This document shows, piece by piece, positions 32,062-41,377 of a DNA stretch of 44,242 nt. Position numbers and translations under genes: made by a program. Source of the stretch: Alphaproteobacteria bacterium (GTDB lineage: Bacteria; Pseudomonadota; Alphaproteobacteria; Rs-D84); NCBI GenBank assembly GCA_046882065.1, contig JBKSMY010000027.1, positions 1 through 44,242 of the forward strand, given 5' to 3'. The notes under the pieces were generated by a model. It did not search any database. It was given only the letters and a program-made list of their open reading frames with translations, and was not told where the DNA came from. Position 1 is the first letter of the stretch. Each line of letters starts with the position of its first letter.

Positions 32062-32124
32062 CTAATACATAAACTAATTTTTTATGATAAAATAAATCTG
32101 ATAATACAAGCAGGGAGAGAATAC

Positions 32125-33054
32125 ATGAAAATATCAATCATTGGCATTGGTTCTGTGGGTGCGGCGGTTGCGACCGCGGTTGCAAACACGGGGCTTGCGC
32201 ATGAAATAGTGTTGTTTGATCGCGATGGTATTCGCGCGCGTGCCGCTGCCGAAGATTTAGGACATGCTGCTGCTTTCTCGTATGATATTAAAATAACCGC
32301 GGTCAGCAACTATCGTGCAATTCGTGGTTCTGAAATTGTAATAATTGCCGCCGGTGCGAATCAAAAACCGGGACAAACGCGAACAGATTTATTACATGCG
32401 AATGCGGCTGTAATATCTGACATTGTTCCGCGCGTTATGGCGAACGTGGACGCCAAGAATGTGAAATTGATAATTGTCACCAATCCGTTGGATGTGATGG
32501 TAATGCTTGCCCAGAAAATATCAAAATTGCCGGTGTCGCGCGTCATTGGTACAGGGACGATGCTGGATTCTGCGCGCCTGCGTACAATTCTGTCGCGCCA
32601 GTTGTCTGTATCAACCCAGTCTATCAACGCATACGTCCTGGGCGAACATGGCGACAGCAGCATGATTGTCTGGTCATCTGCCTGTGTTGGGGGAATTGAT
32701 TTAAATTCATTTTGCCGCCAGACAAAAATCAGTCTGCCGCAGACTACGCGCAGAACGATTGAACATCGCGTTCATAACGCGGCCTATGAAATAATCCAGG
32801 GACGTGGCGCAACATGGGACGGCATCGCTGGTGCGGTGGCGGATTTGGTGCGCTGTATTACAAACGACGAACGCAGAATTTTAACTGTGTCCACCGTTGA
32901 CGGCCAGGGCGATAAATCACTATCTATGTCTCTGCCACGCATTGTGGGGCGGGACGGTGTTGTTGCGACCTTGACTCCTAAAATGGATTCGACTGAATCC
33001 GCCGCGCTTCGTCGCAGCGCGCGTATAATTCGCAAGAATTTCGATTTGTTATAA
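32125..33054 (+). CDS. ldh: L-lactate dehydrogenase
   Basis: GIGSVG, GANQKPGQTR (Gln at the specificity position), TNPLD, LDSAR, GEHGDS. Confidence 0.9.
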   Translation: MKISIIGIGSVGAAVATAVANTGLAHEIVLFDRDGIRARAAAEDLGHAAAFSYDIKITAVSNYRAIRGSEIVIIAAGANQKPGQTRTDLLHANAAVISDIVPRVMANVDAKNVKLIIVTNPLDVMVMLAQKISKLPVSRVIGTGTMLDSARLRTILSRQLSVSTQSINAYVLGEHGDSSMIVWSSACVGGIDLNSFCRQTKISLPQTTRRTIEHRVHNAAYEIIQGRGATWDGIAGAVADLVRCITNDERRILTVSTVDGQGDKSLSMSLPRIVGRDGVVATLTPKMDSTESAALRRSARIIRKNFDLL

Positions 33055-33058
33055 AAAG

Positions 33059-33080
33059 AAACCGCCAATTGGCGGTTTTT
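33059..33080. terminator. Bidirectional intrinsic terminator
   Basis: AAACCGCC-AATT-GGCGGTTTTT. Confidence 0.8.
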
Positions 33081-33083
33081 AAT

Positions 33084-33266
33084 TTACTGCATATCTGGTG
33101 CGATTGCGCCAACAGGACAAATTGCAGCACACGTCCCGCATGAAATACATTTGCTTGGGTCGATTACGCACTTGCCGTCTGCGCCTGTTGAAATTGCTGC
33201 AACAGGACACACACCCATACATGTATGACAACCGATACATTTGCTTGGATCAATTTTATAAGCCAT
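33084..33266 (-). CDS. 2[4Fe-4S] ferredoxin
   Basis: Two CxxCxxCxxxCP motifs; SD GGAG. Confidence 0.93.
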   Translation of the reverse strand: MAYKIDPSKCIGCHTCMGVCPVAAISTGADGKCVIDPSKCISCGTCAAICPVGAIAPDMQ

Positions 33267-33294
33267 TTTATTTTCTCCTTGCTTTATTTGATGC

Positions 33295-34014
33295 TTATTC
33301 ACGATTAAACAAACTTAACAAATACTGGAACATTGCAATAAATGAAATGTACAGATGCAACGCCCCCAGAACCGCCAATTGATTTTTCTGGTTATCGTCT
33401 CCAATAACGGCATAGGCGCGTTTCAGGTTCTGCATATCGTATGCTGTGAACAATGCGAATACCAGAACACCAATAAAGCAAACGATTGTGCCAAATGCGC
33501 CACCCATCATTGCTGGCCATATAAACGACAATACGCCAACCAAGATTAAACCAATCATACCCATGGTCAGGAAAACGCCTAAAAACGACAGGTCTTTTAC
33601 TGTCTTGTATCCAAACAACGCCATGCACGCGAACATCAGCGCGGCCACAATAAATGCCATCAATATAGATGCCGGATTAACAGCCAGCGCAACTGCAATC
33701 AACGGTGTCATTGTAATCCCAATCAATGCTGCGTACACCGCTAACAATAATGCAGCGGTTGCAGGTTTCATGCTGAATACGCGAACCTGGGCCCATATTG
33801 ACAATGCCAATCCGCCAAACAGCAGAACATAGTACAGCCCTGACATACCACCCGTATGGAAATTAAACAAGTACTGTAATCCGCCACCCCAAATAGTCAT
33901 ATATGCGGCAATTGCGGTCACCCCAACGGCGCCAAACATCAACGCAAAAATACGTTTCAGATACAAATCAATCCCACTGGCTCTTTGGTTTGTGGATATA
34001 TTTCTTTTTGTCAT
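33295..34014 (-). CDS. Bax inhibitor-1/YccA family membrane protein
   Basis: About 7 TM; FGYKTVKDLS, TAYDMQ, GALHLYISF. Confidence 0.9.
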   Translation of the reverse strand: MTKRNISTNQRASGIDLYLKRIFALMFGAVGVTAIAAYMTIWGGGLQYLFNFHTGGMSGLYYVLLFGGLALSIWAQVRVFSMKPATAALLLAVYAALIGITMTPLIAVALAVNPASILMAFIVAALMFACMALFGYKTVKDLSFLGVFLTMGMIGLILVGVLSFIWPAMMGGAFGTIVCFIGVLVFALFTAYDMQNLKRAYAVIGDDNQKNQLAVLGALHLYISFIAMFQYLLSLFNRE

Positions 34015-34090
34015 TTGATAATTCTCCTTGTTATTTACGAAATATATAATACAATGCCCACACAAATTCAAGACTAAAAGGTAATGTACA

Positions 34091-34348
34091 ATGGGATTTC
34101 TTTATAGTGCTATAAATCAGATGCTTGCTTCGCAACGTGCAAACTATCGTGAATTAAAACAAGGTGACGAATGTTTAGCAGGGCGTTATATGCGCACAGA
34201 AACCCTTAACGGATTGGCTTTGCGTTCCGAACAGATTAAGTCAGAAATCGCTGCCGAAGAGGCACGCGCAAAACCTGATATGGCGCGTCTGATGCGTTTG
34301 CGCAAAATTGAAAAACTGCTTGCGAACACATTGGCCAGATGTCGTTAG
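34091..34348 (+). CDS. Hypothetical small protein
   Basis: 85-aa ORF with SD AAGG. Confidence 0.55.
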   Translation: MGFLYSAINQMLASQRANYRELKQGDECLAGRYMRTETLNGLALRSEQIKSEIAAEEARAKPDMARLMRLRKIEKLLANTLARCR

Positions 34349-34372
34349 AACTGATATAACAAGGGGGGACAC

Positions 34373-35170
34373 ATGGCAATTACAGTCAATCCGATTTCAC
34401 CAGTTGCGTTTTCTTTGCTGGGAATGGATATTCGCTGGTATGCATTGGCATACGTTGCGGCATTTGTTGTTGGGTATTGTGTGTTTGTGCGCTTGATGCG
34501 TCGCAACAACAGCGGCCTGTTTCTTGATAAAAAACAGATGGACGATTTGCTGACAGCGATAATATTGGGTGTTATCATAGGTGGTCGATTAGGTTATGTT
34601 CTGTTTTACGATTTAGGCTACTTCTTGGCGCATCCCCTGGAAATTTTTGCGGTTTGGCATGGCGGGATGAGTTTTCATGGCGGTCTGATTGGCGTGATTG
34701 CTGCAACGTTTTTATTCGCGCGTCGTCGGAAAATTAACGCATGGAAAATTCTGGATTTGTTGGCGGTTGTTGCGCCAATTGGGTTGTTCTTTGGTCGTAT
34801 TGCAAACTTTATAAATCGCGAGGTTATGGGGCGTCCTACTGATGTGCCTTGGGCGGTTGTGTTCAATGGCGACACCACAATTCCGCGCCACCCCAGCCCA
34901 TTGTACGAGGCCGCAACCGAAGGCATACTATTATTCGTTATAATGTACTGTCTGTATCGATACACAAATTTGCGCAACAAACCGGGTGCGCTAGGCGGAA
35001 TTATGGGTATGGGCTATGCGTCATTTCGCATGTTTTGTGAATTGTTCCGCGCCCCAGATGCCCAGATTGGTTTCTTGACTTCCTGGGGACTGACAATGGG
35101 TCAGTTGTTATCGCTGTTTATGTTTTTTGCAGGTTTTGTAATTTTTATATTTGCAATACGCAAAAAATAA
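34373..35170 (+). CDS. lgt: Prolipoprotein diacylglyceryl transferase
   Basis: IRWYALAY, GGRLGYVLFY, GGMSFHGG, GRIANFIN, RHPS. Confidence 0.97.
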   Translation: MAITVNPISPVAFSLLGMDIRWYALAYVAAFVVGYCVFVRLMRRNNSGLFLDKKQMDDLLTAIILGVIIGGRLGYVLFYDLGYFLAHPLEIFAVWHGGMSFHGGLIGVIAATFLFARRRKINAWKILDLLAVVAPIGLFFGRIANFINREVMGRPTDVPWAVVFNGDTTIPRHPSPLYEAATEGILLFVIMYCLYRYTNLRNKPGALGGIMGMGYASFRMFCELFRAPDAQIGFLTSWGLTMGQLLSLFMFFAGFVIFIFAIRKK

Positions 35171-35220
35171 TGTACAATGTGCGCCGTTGACCGAACAGAG
35201 CAAGGCGGACACCACGAAGC

Positions 35221-35348
35221 GCGGTCGAATGCGGCGGTCTTGCATACGAGTAAGCGAGACAAGCAAAGCGTGGTCGAGTGCTAACGAGTGGTGAGCAGTA
35301 CCGACAGGTACGGTCAGCGAACAAAACCGTAGGTTGAAAGATCCGCGG
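35221..35348 (+). pseudogene. Partial tRNA-Ser-like copy interrupted in the anticodon loop
   Basis: 35221-35242 is identical to tRNA 35374-35395. After 80 nt the match resumes with AAAACCGT (35323-35330). No T-arm or acceptor 3' end. Confidence 0.55.
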
Positions 35349-35359
35349 AAAAAAGTTTA

Positions 35360-35449
35360 GGATGGTTGGCAGAGCGGTCGAATGCGGCGGTCTTGAAAAC
35401 CGTTGTGGGGGCAACCCCACCGGGGGTTCGAATCCCTCACCATCCGCCA
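35360..35449 (+). tRNA. tRNA-Ser (TGA)
   Basis: Acceptor GGATGGT/ACCATCC, anticodon loop CTTGAAA, long variable arm GTGGGG-GCAA-CCCCAC, GTTCGAATC, encoded CCA. Confidence 0.97.
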
Positions 35450-35450
35450 C

Positions 35451-35484
35451 AAAAAACATATGCCCCAAGTGGGCATATTTTTTT
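35451..35484 (+). terminator. tRNA terminator
   Basis: ATATGCCC-CAAGT-GGGCATAT followed by a T-run. Confidence 0.75.
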
Positions 35485-35554
35485 GTATTGCGGTGGTTGG
35501 ATAAGAACCCCCGAAGAAGCGACATTGTCGCGCGGGGTTCAAGCCGCAGGCAAT

Positions 35555-35581
35555 AAAAATCCCGCCGTTCGGCGGGATTTT
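35555..35581. terminator. Intrinsic terminator
   Basis: AAAAATCCCGCC-GTTC-GGCGGGATTTT. Confidence 0.8.
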
Positions 35582-35588
35582 AAATTAT

Positions 35589-36116
35589 TTATTCTGCAAC
35601 TTCTGGTGCCGGTGCTGGCATTTCTGGTGCTTCTTCTGGGCGTGGGCCGTGTTTCATTTGTTTGCGCGCCGCCTTGAATTCTTCGCGCGAAACACAACCG
35701 TTTGCATCAGTATCCATCATTGGAACCATTTCTGCTAATTTTGGGCATTTTACAACCAAACAACCATTTTCAAATTCTGGTCGTGGACCCATTTTGCCAC
35801 GTTTGCCATTGCAGCACATTTTTGCCGATGCAAAGCCCAATGCGAAAATGATTAAAACCAAAATTAACTTTTTCAGGAAACGACCAAACGTGCATTTCTT
35901 TTTTGCGCATGCGCATTCGCCACCACATGCACATCCTTTGTCACAGCCGCATGGTAATTTTTCAACGACTGGTGCCGCTACAACTTTCTTTGTTTCTGTA
36001 GTTTTTTTTGCAGGTGCTTTTTTCGCTACAGTTTTTTTAGTTGTCGCTGGTTTAGAAACTGTCTTTTTTGCAACGGCTTTTTTTGCTGTTGTTTTTTTTG
36101 TTGTTTTTTCTGCCAT
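35589..36116 (-). CDS. Membrane protein with K/A/T-rich N-terminus, Cys cluster and EF-hand-like motif
   Basis: KKT/AKK repeats, CGCDKGCACGGECAC, one TM, DTDANGCVSREEF. Confidence 0.8.
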   Translation of the reverse strand: MAEKTTKKTTAKKAVAKKTVSKPATTKKTVAKKAPAKKTTETKKVVAAPVVEKLPCGCDKGCACGGECACAKKKCTFGRFLKKLILVLIIFALGFASAKMCCNGKRGKMGPRPEFENGCLVVKCPKLAEMVPMMDTDANGCVSREEFKAARKQMKHGPRPEEAPEMPAPAPEVAE

Positions 36117-36190
36117 TTGTCCTTCCTTTATTTGTTTGACGATTTGATTGTATTCAAATAAAAAAACGATGTAAAGAAAAATTTTTTATT

Positions 36191-36212
36191 AAAAACCCCG
36201 CAATTGCGGGGT
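36191..36212 (-). terminator. Intrinsic terminator
   Basis: AAAAACCCCGC-AATT-GCGGGGT after 36217..36447. Confidence 0.7.
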
Positions 36213-36216
36213 AGAA

Positions 36217-36447
36217 TTACTTTTTCTTGCCAGCGGTTTTCTTTGTACTTGCTGTCTTTTTTGCTGGTGACGCCTTGTATTCTTTATACAGTGCCATAAA
36301 GCAAGTATATGCCAACAGTGCTGATACCGCAGTAATCAAGCCTGCAATCAGACCGTCAGAAAATACTGCGAACAACAAAATTGCAGCAACCAAGACAACG
36401 GTATAACCCAAATTCTTAGACAGTACATTTAACAATTTTTCAAACAT
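36217..36447 (-). CDS. Small two-TM protein with basic tail
   Basis: 76 aa; SD AGGGG. Confidence 0.7.
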   Translation of the reverse strand: MFEKLLNVLSKNLGYTVVLVAAILLFAVFSDGLIAGLITAVSALLAYTCFMALYKEYKASPAKKTASTKKTAGKKK

Positions 36448-36586
36448 TGATTTCCCCCTTGTGATTTTGTTTGGACGACAACACTATACAAATGTTTTTA
36501 AAAATTTTCCATGAAAAAATACCACCCATTTCTGGGTGGCATTAAACAAGGGAGATATGAACAAACTAACTTTTGTAATTTATGGC

Positions 36587-37351
36587 TTACAAAACCACAT
36601 GTCCGCCCAGACGCGCTGTCTTTGGGATTGGGCCAAAAGACGAACGTGGACTGACATAAATGTTGCCTGTGATGACAAAGTCGCCACAGAATTGCAACAT
36701 ATTCACATCGCGCAGGAACAGGTTCCCATTGATACGAATGTCGCATGGCAAAGTATATTTGCGCATATTCTGCAAATATAAATTACCGTTAACTTGTGAG
36801 CCGTTTTTCAGCATTGTGCCTGCACCACGACTGTCGATAATAACATCACCCATAAACTTATTTTGGTGTTTTGCGGTCTGTTGTCTTGCGACTTTGGCTT
36901 CTGTACGATTTACAGGTGTGACATTAACAGATGGCGCTTCTTTTTTATTTGTCTGTGCGTTAACCTTGATTGGTAACACCGGACGCGGTCTAACGTTGCG
37001 TGGCGCAGATGCGTCTGTCACCACCACCTGTTCAGGTGTATTTTGTGCTTTTGCAACAATAACCACTTGCTTACGGCATCCAACAACGTCGATAATCAGC
37101 ATAGAAAACAATACAATAATCGCAACCAGCAATGCCAGGTTTACCATTGCAACCAAATTGATACCGCATAACCAGTTCCAAAAACGTTTACACAATTTGG
37201 CAATCATACGAAATGGCCAGCAAATAATATTCCACACGCGTGCCCAAAAGCCTTTGCGCTTGGTATTTTTGCGCGCAGTCTTGCCTTTGTTGCTTTTTTT
37301 ATTTGCCTTGACGCGACGCGCGGCGAATTTCATTTTCAATTTATCAAACAT
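36587..37351 (-). CDS. Membrane-anchored hypothetical protein with beta-helix-like C-terminus
   Basis: Basic N-terminus, TM, repeats VNGNLYL / INGNLFL / ITGNIYV. Confidence 0.75.
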   Translation of the reverse strand: MFDKLKMKFAARRVKANKKSNKGKTARKNTKRKGFWARVWNIICWPFRMIAKLCKRFWNWLCGINLVAMVNLALLVAIIVLFSMLIIDVVGCRKQVVIVAKAQNTPEQVVVTDASAPRNVRPRPVLPIKVNAQTNKKEAPSVNVTPVNRTEAKVARQQTAKHQNKFMGDVIIDSRGAGTMLKNGSQVNGNLYLQNMRKYTLPCDIRINGNLFLRDVNMLQFCGDFVITGNIYVSPRSSFGPIPKTARLGGHVVL

Positions 37352-37483
37352 CTATTGCCCCCTTGGCTGATTTCTAATTTCTTACCCCAAAAATAGTATT
37401 TGTCAATACGTTTGTCAAGTGTTTTTGTCAAATTTTTTATTTTTTTGACCTTTTGCGCGATATAATGTATTATATAAGTCTGG

Positions 37484-38206
37484 ATGAGAAAGGCTATATC
37501 ACTATCTTTATTATTGGCTGCTTGCGCGCCCGCGTGGCATGCGCCATCTGACTTTATATATGCGCCAATTACGTCTGGGAAATACACACTTGCGACATAC
37601 CAGCATTTATCGGATACCACATCTCCAATTCACATTTATATCGAAGGCGACGGTAATTCCTTTAATGCGCGCGGTGTGCCGACATCTGATCCGACCCCCC
37701 GTGGAACATTGGTTCGCGATATGGCAACGCGCGACAAATCGCCAAATGTTGTTTACTTGGGGCGTCCATGCCAGTATATTATGTCACCCGCATGTACCAG
37801 GACCGATTGGACAGACGGGCGTTTCTCTGCCGATGTTATTGATTCCATGGCGCGCGCTATCAAGACTGTTGCGCAAACACGGCCGATTGTTTTGATTGGG
37901 TATTCCGGCGGCGCAATGGTATCTGGAATCGTCATAAACCAGAATCCAGATATGAATGTTGTACAATGGGTAACGATTGCTGGGGTGCTAAATCATACCG
38001 ATTGGACGCGTTTTTTTGGCGACAAACCATTATCAAAGTCACTTAATATGACCGTTTTGCCGGATGTGCCCCAGACGCACTATGTTGTATCTGGCGATCG
38101 TGTTGTTCCAAATGCATTATCAAGCAAATGGATTGGTTCGAAAAAAGTGGTTAAAGTCCCAAACGCCACACATGACAGAATCCCAGAAATAACATTAAGT
38201 TTTTAA
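37484..38206 (+). CDS. Alpha/beta-hydrolase-fold lipoprotein
   Basis: Lipobox LAAC, IYIEGDG, RPCQY, nucleophile elbow GYSGG, C-terminal D and H. Confidence 0.85.
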   Translation: MRKAISLSLLLAACAPAWHAPSDFIYAPITSGKYTLATYQHLSDTTSPIHIYIEGDGNSFNARGVPTSDPTPRGTLVRDMATRDKSPNVVYLGRPCQYIMSPACTRTDWTDGRFSADVIDSMARAIKTVAQTRPIVLIGYSGGAMVSGIVINQNPDMNVVQWVTIAGVLNHTDWTRFFGDKPLSKSLNMTVLPDVPQTHYVVSGDRVVPNALSSKWIGSKKVVKVPNATHDRIPEITLSF

Positions 38207-38211
38207 TCCTG

Positions 38212-38242
38212 TTGACAAATCGGCGTTTTTGTATTATATATT
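38212..38242 (+). promoter_or_regulatory. Putative sigma70 promoter
   Basis: TTGACA followed by TATTATATATT at suitable spacing. Confidence 0.5.
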
Positions 38243-38299
38243 AGCCTGTGCCCGGTTAAAGGTTATGGATATATAACAAAAAATGGGACAGGGGCAAAT

Positions 38300-39169
38300 A
38301 TGGCAAAAACAGAAAAACAATTATCTTTCGGGCTGATGGATATCCCAATGTCCTGCAGTTTATTCATGGAACCCGCATTAAAGCGGCACAAGCACTATAT
38401 TGCGCCAATGTCATCATTTGTAAAAGAATATGTTCATGAATGGAATGTGGCATTATTAGATGTTATGAACATGTCATCTATGAAGAAGCATCTGGGCGCA
38501 GTAGGACAGAAAATCATTGGCGGCTCGATACGCAACACCAAATATCTATCACGTTGTGTTGAACGTGCAGAAAATATTCCAATGCACTCATTACATTATG
38601 CGTTGCGTTTTTCGGAAAGTGCCCGCTTTTTATCAGATAAAATATCAACTGGCGTGACCCACAGTTTTGTTGATCTAGGCGCGGGTTTGTCGCCATTGGC
38701 GGCCGCCATCCAGACTGAACACAACATGACTGGTGCCTATATTATTGACGTTCCTGTAATTATGGAAGCGTATATTCGCACCGCAGAATTAGTTGGTGGG
38801 CGTATTCCCATGCCAATCACATGGGATGATGCCAAAGAAATGTCATCGTCGCGCACTATAGATACGGTTGTTGCGATGGGCGTGTTGCACTATATGCCCA
38901 AGAACGAGCAAATAGAACGCATGCAATTTATCAATCAGCACATTCCAAACTTTATGTTGGAAATCAAATATAATAACAGCGGCACAGTCGAAGAAAGTTC
39001 ATTTGATTTGAGCCAACTGCAGTCTTTAAGTCTGCTGGTAAGAAGTACTCATACCCTAGAAACAGCGGTTATTCAAAATTCATTACGCTATTTATCGCGT
39101 TTTATTCATGCGATGCCTAATCGTCGTGATTTTCTGGAAAACAGTCGTTCGTTATTTCTTTCTCGATAA
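38300..39169 (+). CDS. Class I SAM-dependent methyltransferase-like protein
   Basis: FVDLGAGL motif I, IIDVP, VVAMGVLHYM. Confidence 0.6.
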   Translation: MAKTEKQLSFGLMDIPMSCSLFMEPALKRHKHYIAPMSSFVKEYVHEWNVALLDVMNMSSMKKHLGAVGQKIIGGSIRNTKYLSRCVERAENIPMHSLHYALRFSESARFLSDKISTGVTHSFVDLGAGLSPLAAAIQTEHNMTGAYIIDVPVIMEAYIRTAELVGGRIPMPITWDDAKEMSSSRTIDTVVAMGVLHYMPKNEQIERMQFINQHIPNFMLEIKYNNSGTVEESSFDLSQLQSLSLLVRSTHTLETAVIQNSLRYLSRFIHAMPNRRDFLENSRSLFLSR

Positions 39170-39184
39170 AAATGGGGGGCAGTT

Positions 39185-39790
39185 ATGGCATATTCATACG
39201 AAGAAATAGTATCAATTTTAAAATATGCGCGTGATAATGGCACGATTGCAGCAGCCCAGCATTTTGGTGTTGCGTCATCTACGGTTGTGCGCTGGAACAA
39301 TAAATATAAAATTTATGAAACCCAGGTCATGCGTACTTTTTCAGTCGAACAAAAAATCGAAATGTTGCAATATGCGAACCAGCATGGATTAACGAATGCC
39401 ATGAATCATTACAGCATAGACGTTGCCACATTACAGTCGTGGAATAAAAAACTGCATGTATATAAACAGCATGGCCAAAAACACGCTGCAACGACAAATA
39501 AATTACCGGAACGCAAATCCGAAGAATTTAAACGGCTTGTATTAGAATGTGCGCGTGACAATGGACCATCCAAAGCGGCCCGCATGTACAATGTCGCTGC
39601 ATCAACTATTCGTCTGTGGAACAAAGAACTTAATGTATATCCTACGCGCGCGCATCGTACATTCACACCGGGACAGCGCGCAGAAATAATTGCGTACGCA
39701 AACGAACATGGTATCGCCACCGCAGCACATAAATTTAATGTAGTGGGCTTTCAAATCCAGAACTGGATTGATGATCAGCATTGTTTATAA
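39185..39790 (+). CDS. Protein of four tandem transposase-like HTH repeats
   Basis: Four ~50-aa units of the form (Y/F)SxExK...A..NG...AA..(F/Y)xV...T...W. Confidence 0.8.
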   Translation: MAYSYEEIVSILKYARDNGTIAAAQHFGVASSTVVRWNNKYKIYETQVMRTFSVEQKIEMLQYANQHGLTNAMNHYSIDVATLQSWNKKLHVYKQHGQKHAATTNKLPERKSEEFKRLVLECARDNGPSKAARMYNVAASTIRLWNKELNVYPTRAHRTFTPGQRAEIIAYANEHGIATAAHKFNVVGFQIQNWIDDQHCL

Positions 39791-41305
39791 CTTAACACCG
39801 TATTTGCCACGATTTATCGGGCGATATGATAACGCTTCGGCCAAATCGTTCATCTCGATATTTGTTGAGCCACGCAAATCAGCGATTGTTCGCGCCAATC
39901 GTTTAATACGGTTATAACCACGGGCAGACATTCCCATCTTTTCCGCCGCAGTATTCAAGAAAGTCGTTAATTCTGGCGATAATGCGGCAAACTGTTCCAG
40001 CGCGGGTCCGTCCAAATGCGCGTTAACACAACCTTGGCGTGCGATTTGTCGATTGCGTGCGGCAACCACGCGCGCACGAACTGTTGCGCTGGATTCTCGT
40101 GGGGTTGTGTCTGCAGTCATTTCCCATGGTTTAACTGCGTCCACGTCAACATGTAAATCAATACGGTCCAGCAACGGTCCAGAAATCTTGTTTTGATATG
40201 CTTCGGCGCATCGTGGTGCGCGTGAACAGGACATTGCTGCGTTTCCTAAATGCCCACACGGACATGGATTCATGGCGGCAATCAATTGAAAGCGCGCAGG
40301 ATAAGTCGCATTGCGCCTTGCGCGCGATATTAAAATACGGCCAGATTCCATTGGCTGGCGCAGAATTTCCAGCGTCGCACGATTAAATTCCGGCAATTCG
40401 TCCAAAAACAATACGCCGTTGTGCGCCAAAGATATTTCACCCGGTCTTGCGTCCGACCCACCGCCCGCCAACGCGACGGGGCTGGATGTATGATGCACGC
40501 TGCGAAATGGGCGTGTTGATAACAAACCGCGCGTCCCCAGTTCGCCTGCGATTGAATATATCGTAGATGTTTCTAAAATTTCCTGTGCGGTCATTTCGGG
40601 CATGATTGTTGGCAATCGTGATGCCAGCATGGTCTTACCCGACCCGGGCGGCCCAACCATCAGCATTGCGTGCCCACCGGCCGCCGCAATTTCCAATGCG
40701 CGTTTTGCAGCAGCCTGACCATGAACGTCCGCCATGTCCAGCGTGGAATTATTTTCGCCTGTGGGCGTGGTTAGTTCTGGTACGGGTAAAATCTGGGTTC
40801 CTTTGAAATGGTTGATTAACTGCACCACATGAAACGGTGCCAGAATATTTTCATGTCCTGCCCATCTTGCCTGTGCGCCCTGGTCCCCAGGACAGATTAT
40901 CCCCAATCCGCGCGAATTTGCCCACACCGACGCAGGCAGAACCGCATCAGTCTTGACGATTGCGCCGTTTAAGCCGACTTCGCCCAGAATCACATATTTT
41001 TCCAGTTCGTTTTCTGGCAACACGCCAATCGCGCATAAAATTCCACACAAAATAGGCAAATCAAAATGTGAACCGCTTTTTTCAACGTCTGCCGGCGATA
41101 AATTTACGGTCAACCGCTTTGGCGGCAACGACAGATTCAGCGACGACAACACATTTCGAATACGTTCTGCAGATTCTTTAACCGCACGATCTGCCAATCC
41201 AATGATGTTAAATTCAGGTTTTGACAATCCGGACGACAACTGAACCTGAACATCAATCGGTGTTGCGTCCATTCCATTAAATATAATTGAATTCAAAGAT
41301 ATCAT
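39785..41305 (-). CDS. comM: YifB/ComM Mg-chelatase-like AAA ATPase
   Basis: NLSPADVEKSGSHFDLPI, GPPGSGKT, PGEISLAHNGVLFLDELPEF, AMNPCPCG. Confidence 0.93.
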   Translation of the reverse strand: MISLNSIIFNGMDATPIDVQVQLSSGLSKPEFNIIGLADRAVKESAERIRNVLSSLNLSLPPKRLTVNLSPADVEKSGSHFDLPILCGILCAIGVLPENELEKYVILGEVGLNGAIVKTDAVLPASVWANSRGLGIICPGDQGAQARWAGHENILAPFHVVQLINHFKGTQILPVPELTTPTGENNSTLDMADVHGQAAAKRALEIAAAGGHAMLMVGPPGSGKTMLASRLPTIMPEMTAQEILETSTIYSIAGELGTRGLLSTRPFRSVHHTSSPVALAGGGSDARPGEISLAHNGVLFLDELPEFNRATLEILRQPMESGRILISRARRNATYPARFQLIAAMNPCPCGHLGNAAMSCSRAPRCAEAYQNKISGPLLDRIDLHVDVDAVKPWEMTADTTPRESSATVRARVVAARNRQIARQGCVNAHLDGPALEQFAALSPELTTFLNTAAEKMGMSARGYNRIKRLARTIADLRGSTNIEMNDLAEALSYRPINRGKYGVKL

Positions 41306-41377
41306 GTGTTTCATATTATAACTTGAATTAACTTTGCGCAAGTTTTAATATACCTCATAATAACAAAAGGATTTTAT

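Noticed and set aside
35243-35322. Group I intron in tRNA-Ser
   Set aside because: Only 80 nt with no catalytic core, and the flanking copy lacks a T-arm and acceptor end.
35145-35677. ORFs overlapping the tRNA locus
   Set aside because: Spurious translations of the tRNA and terminators.
39185-39790. Active IS3-family element
   Set aside because: No OrfB/DDE frame or terminal inverted repeats; the gene abuts comM directly.
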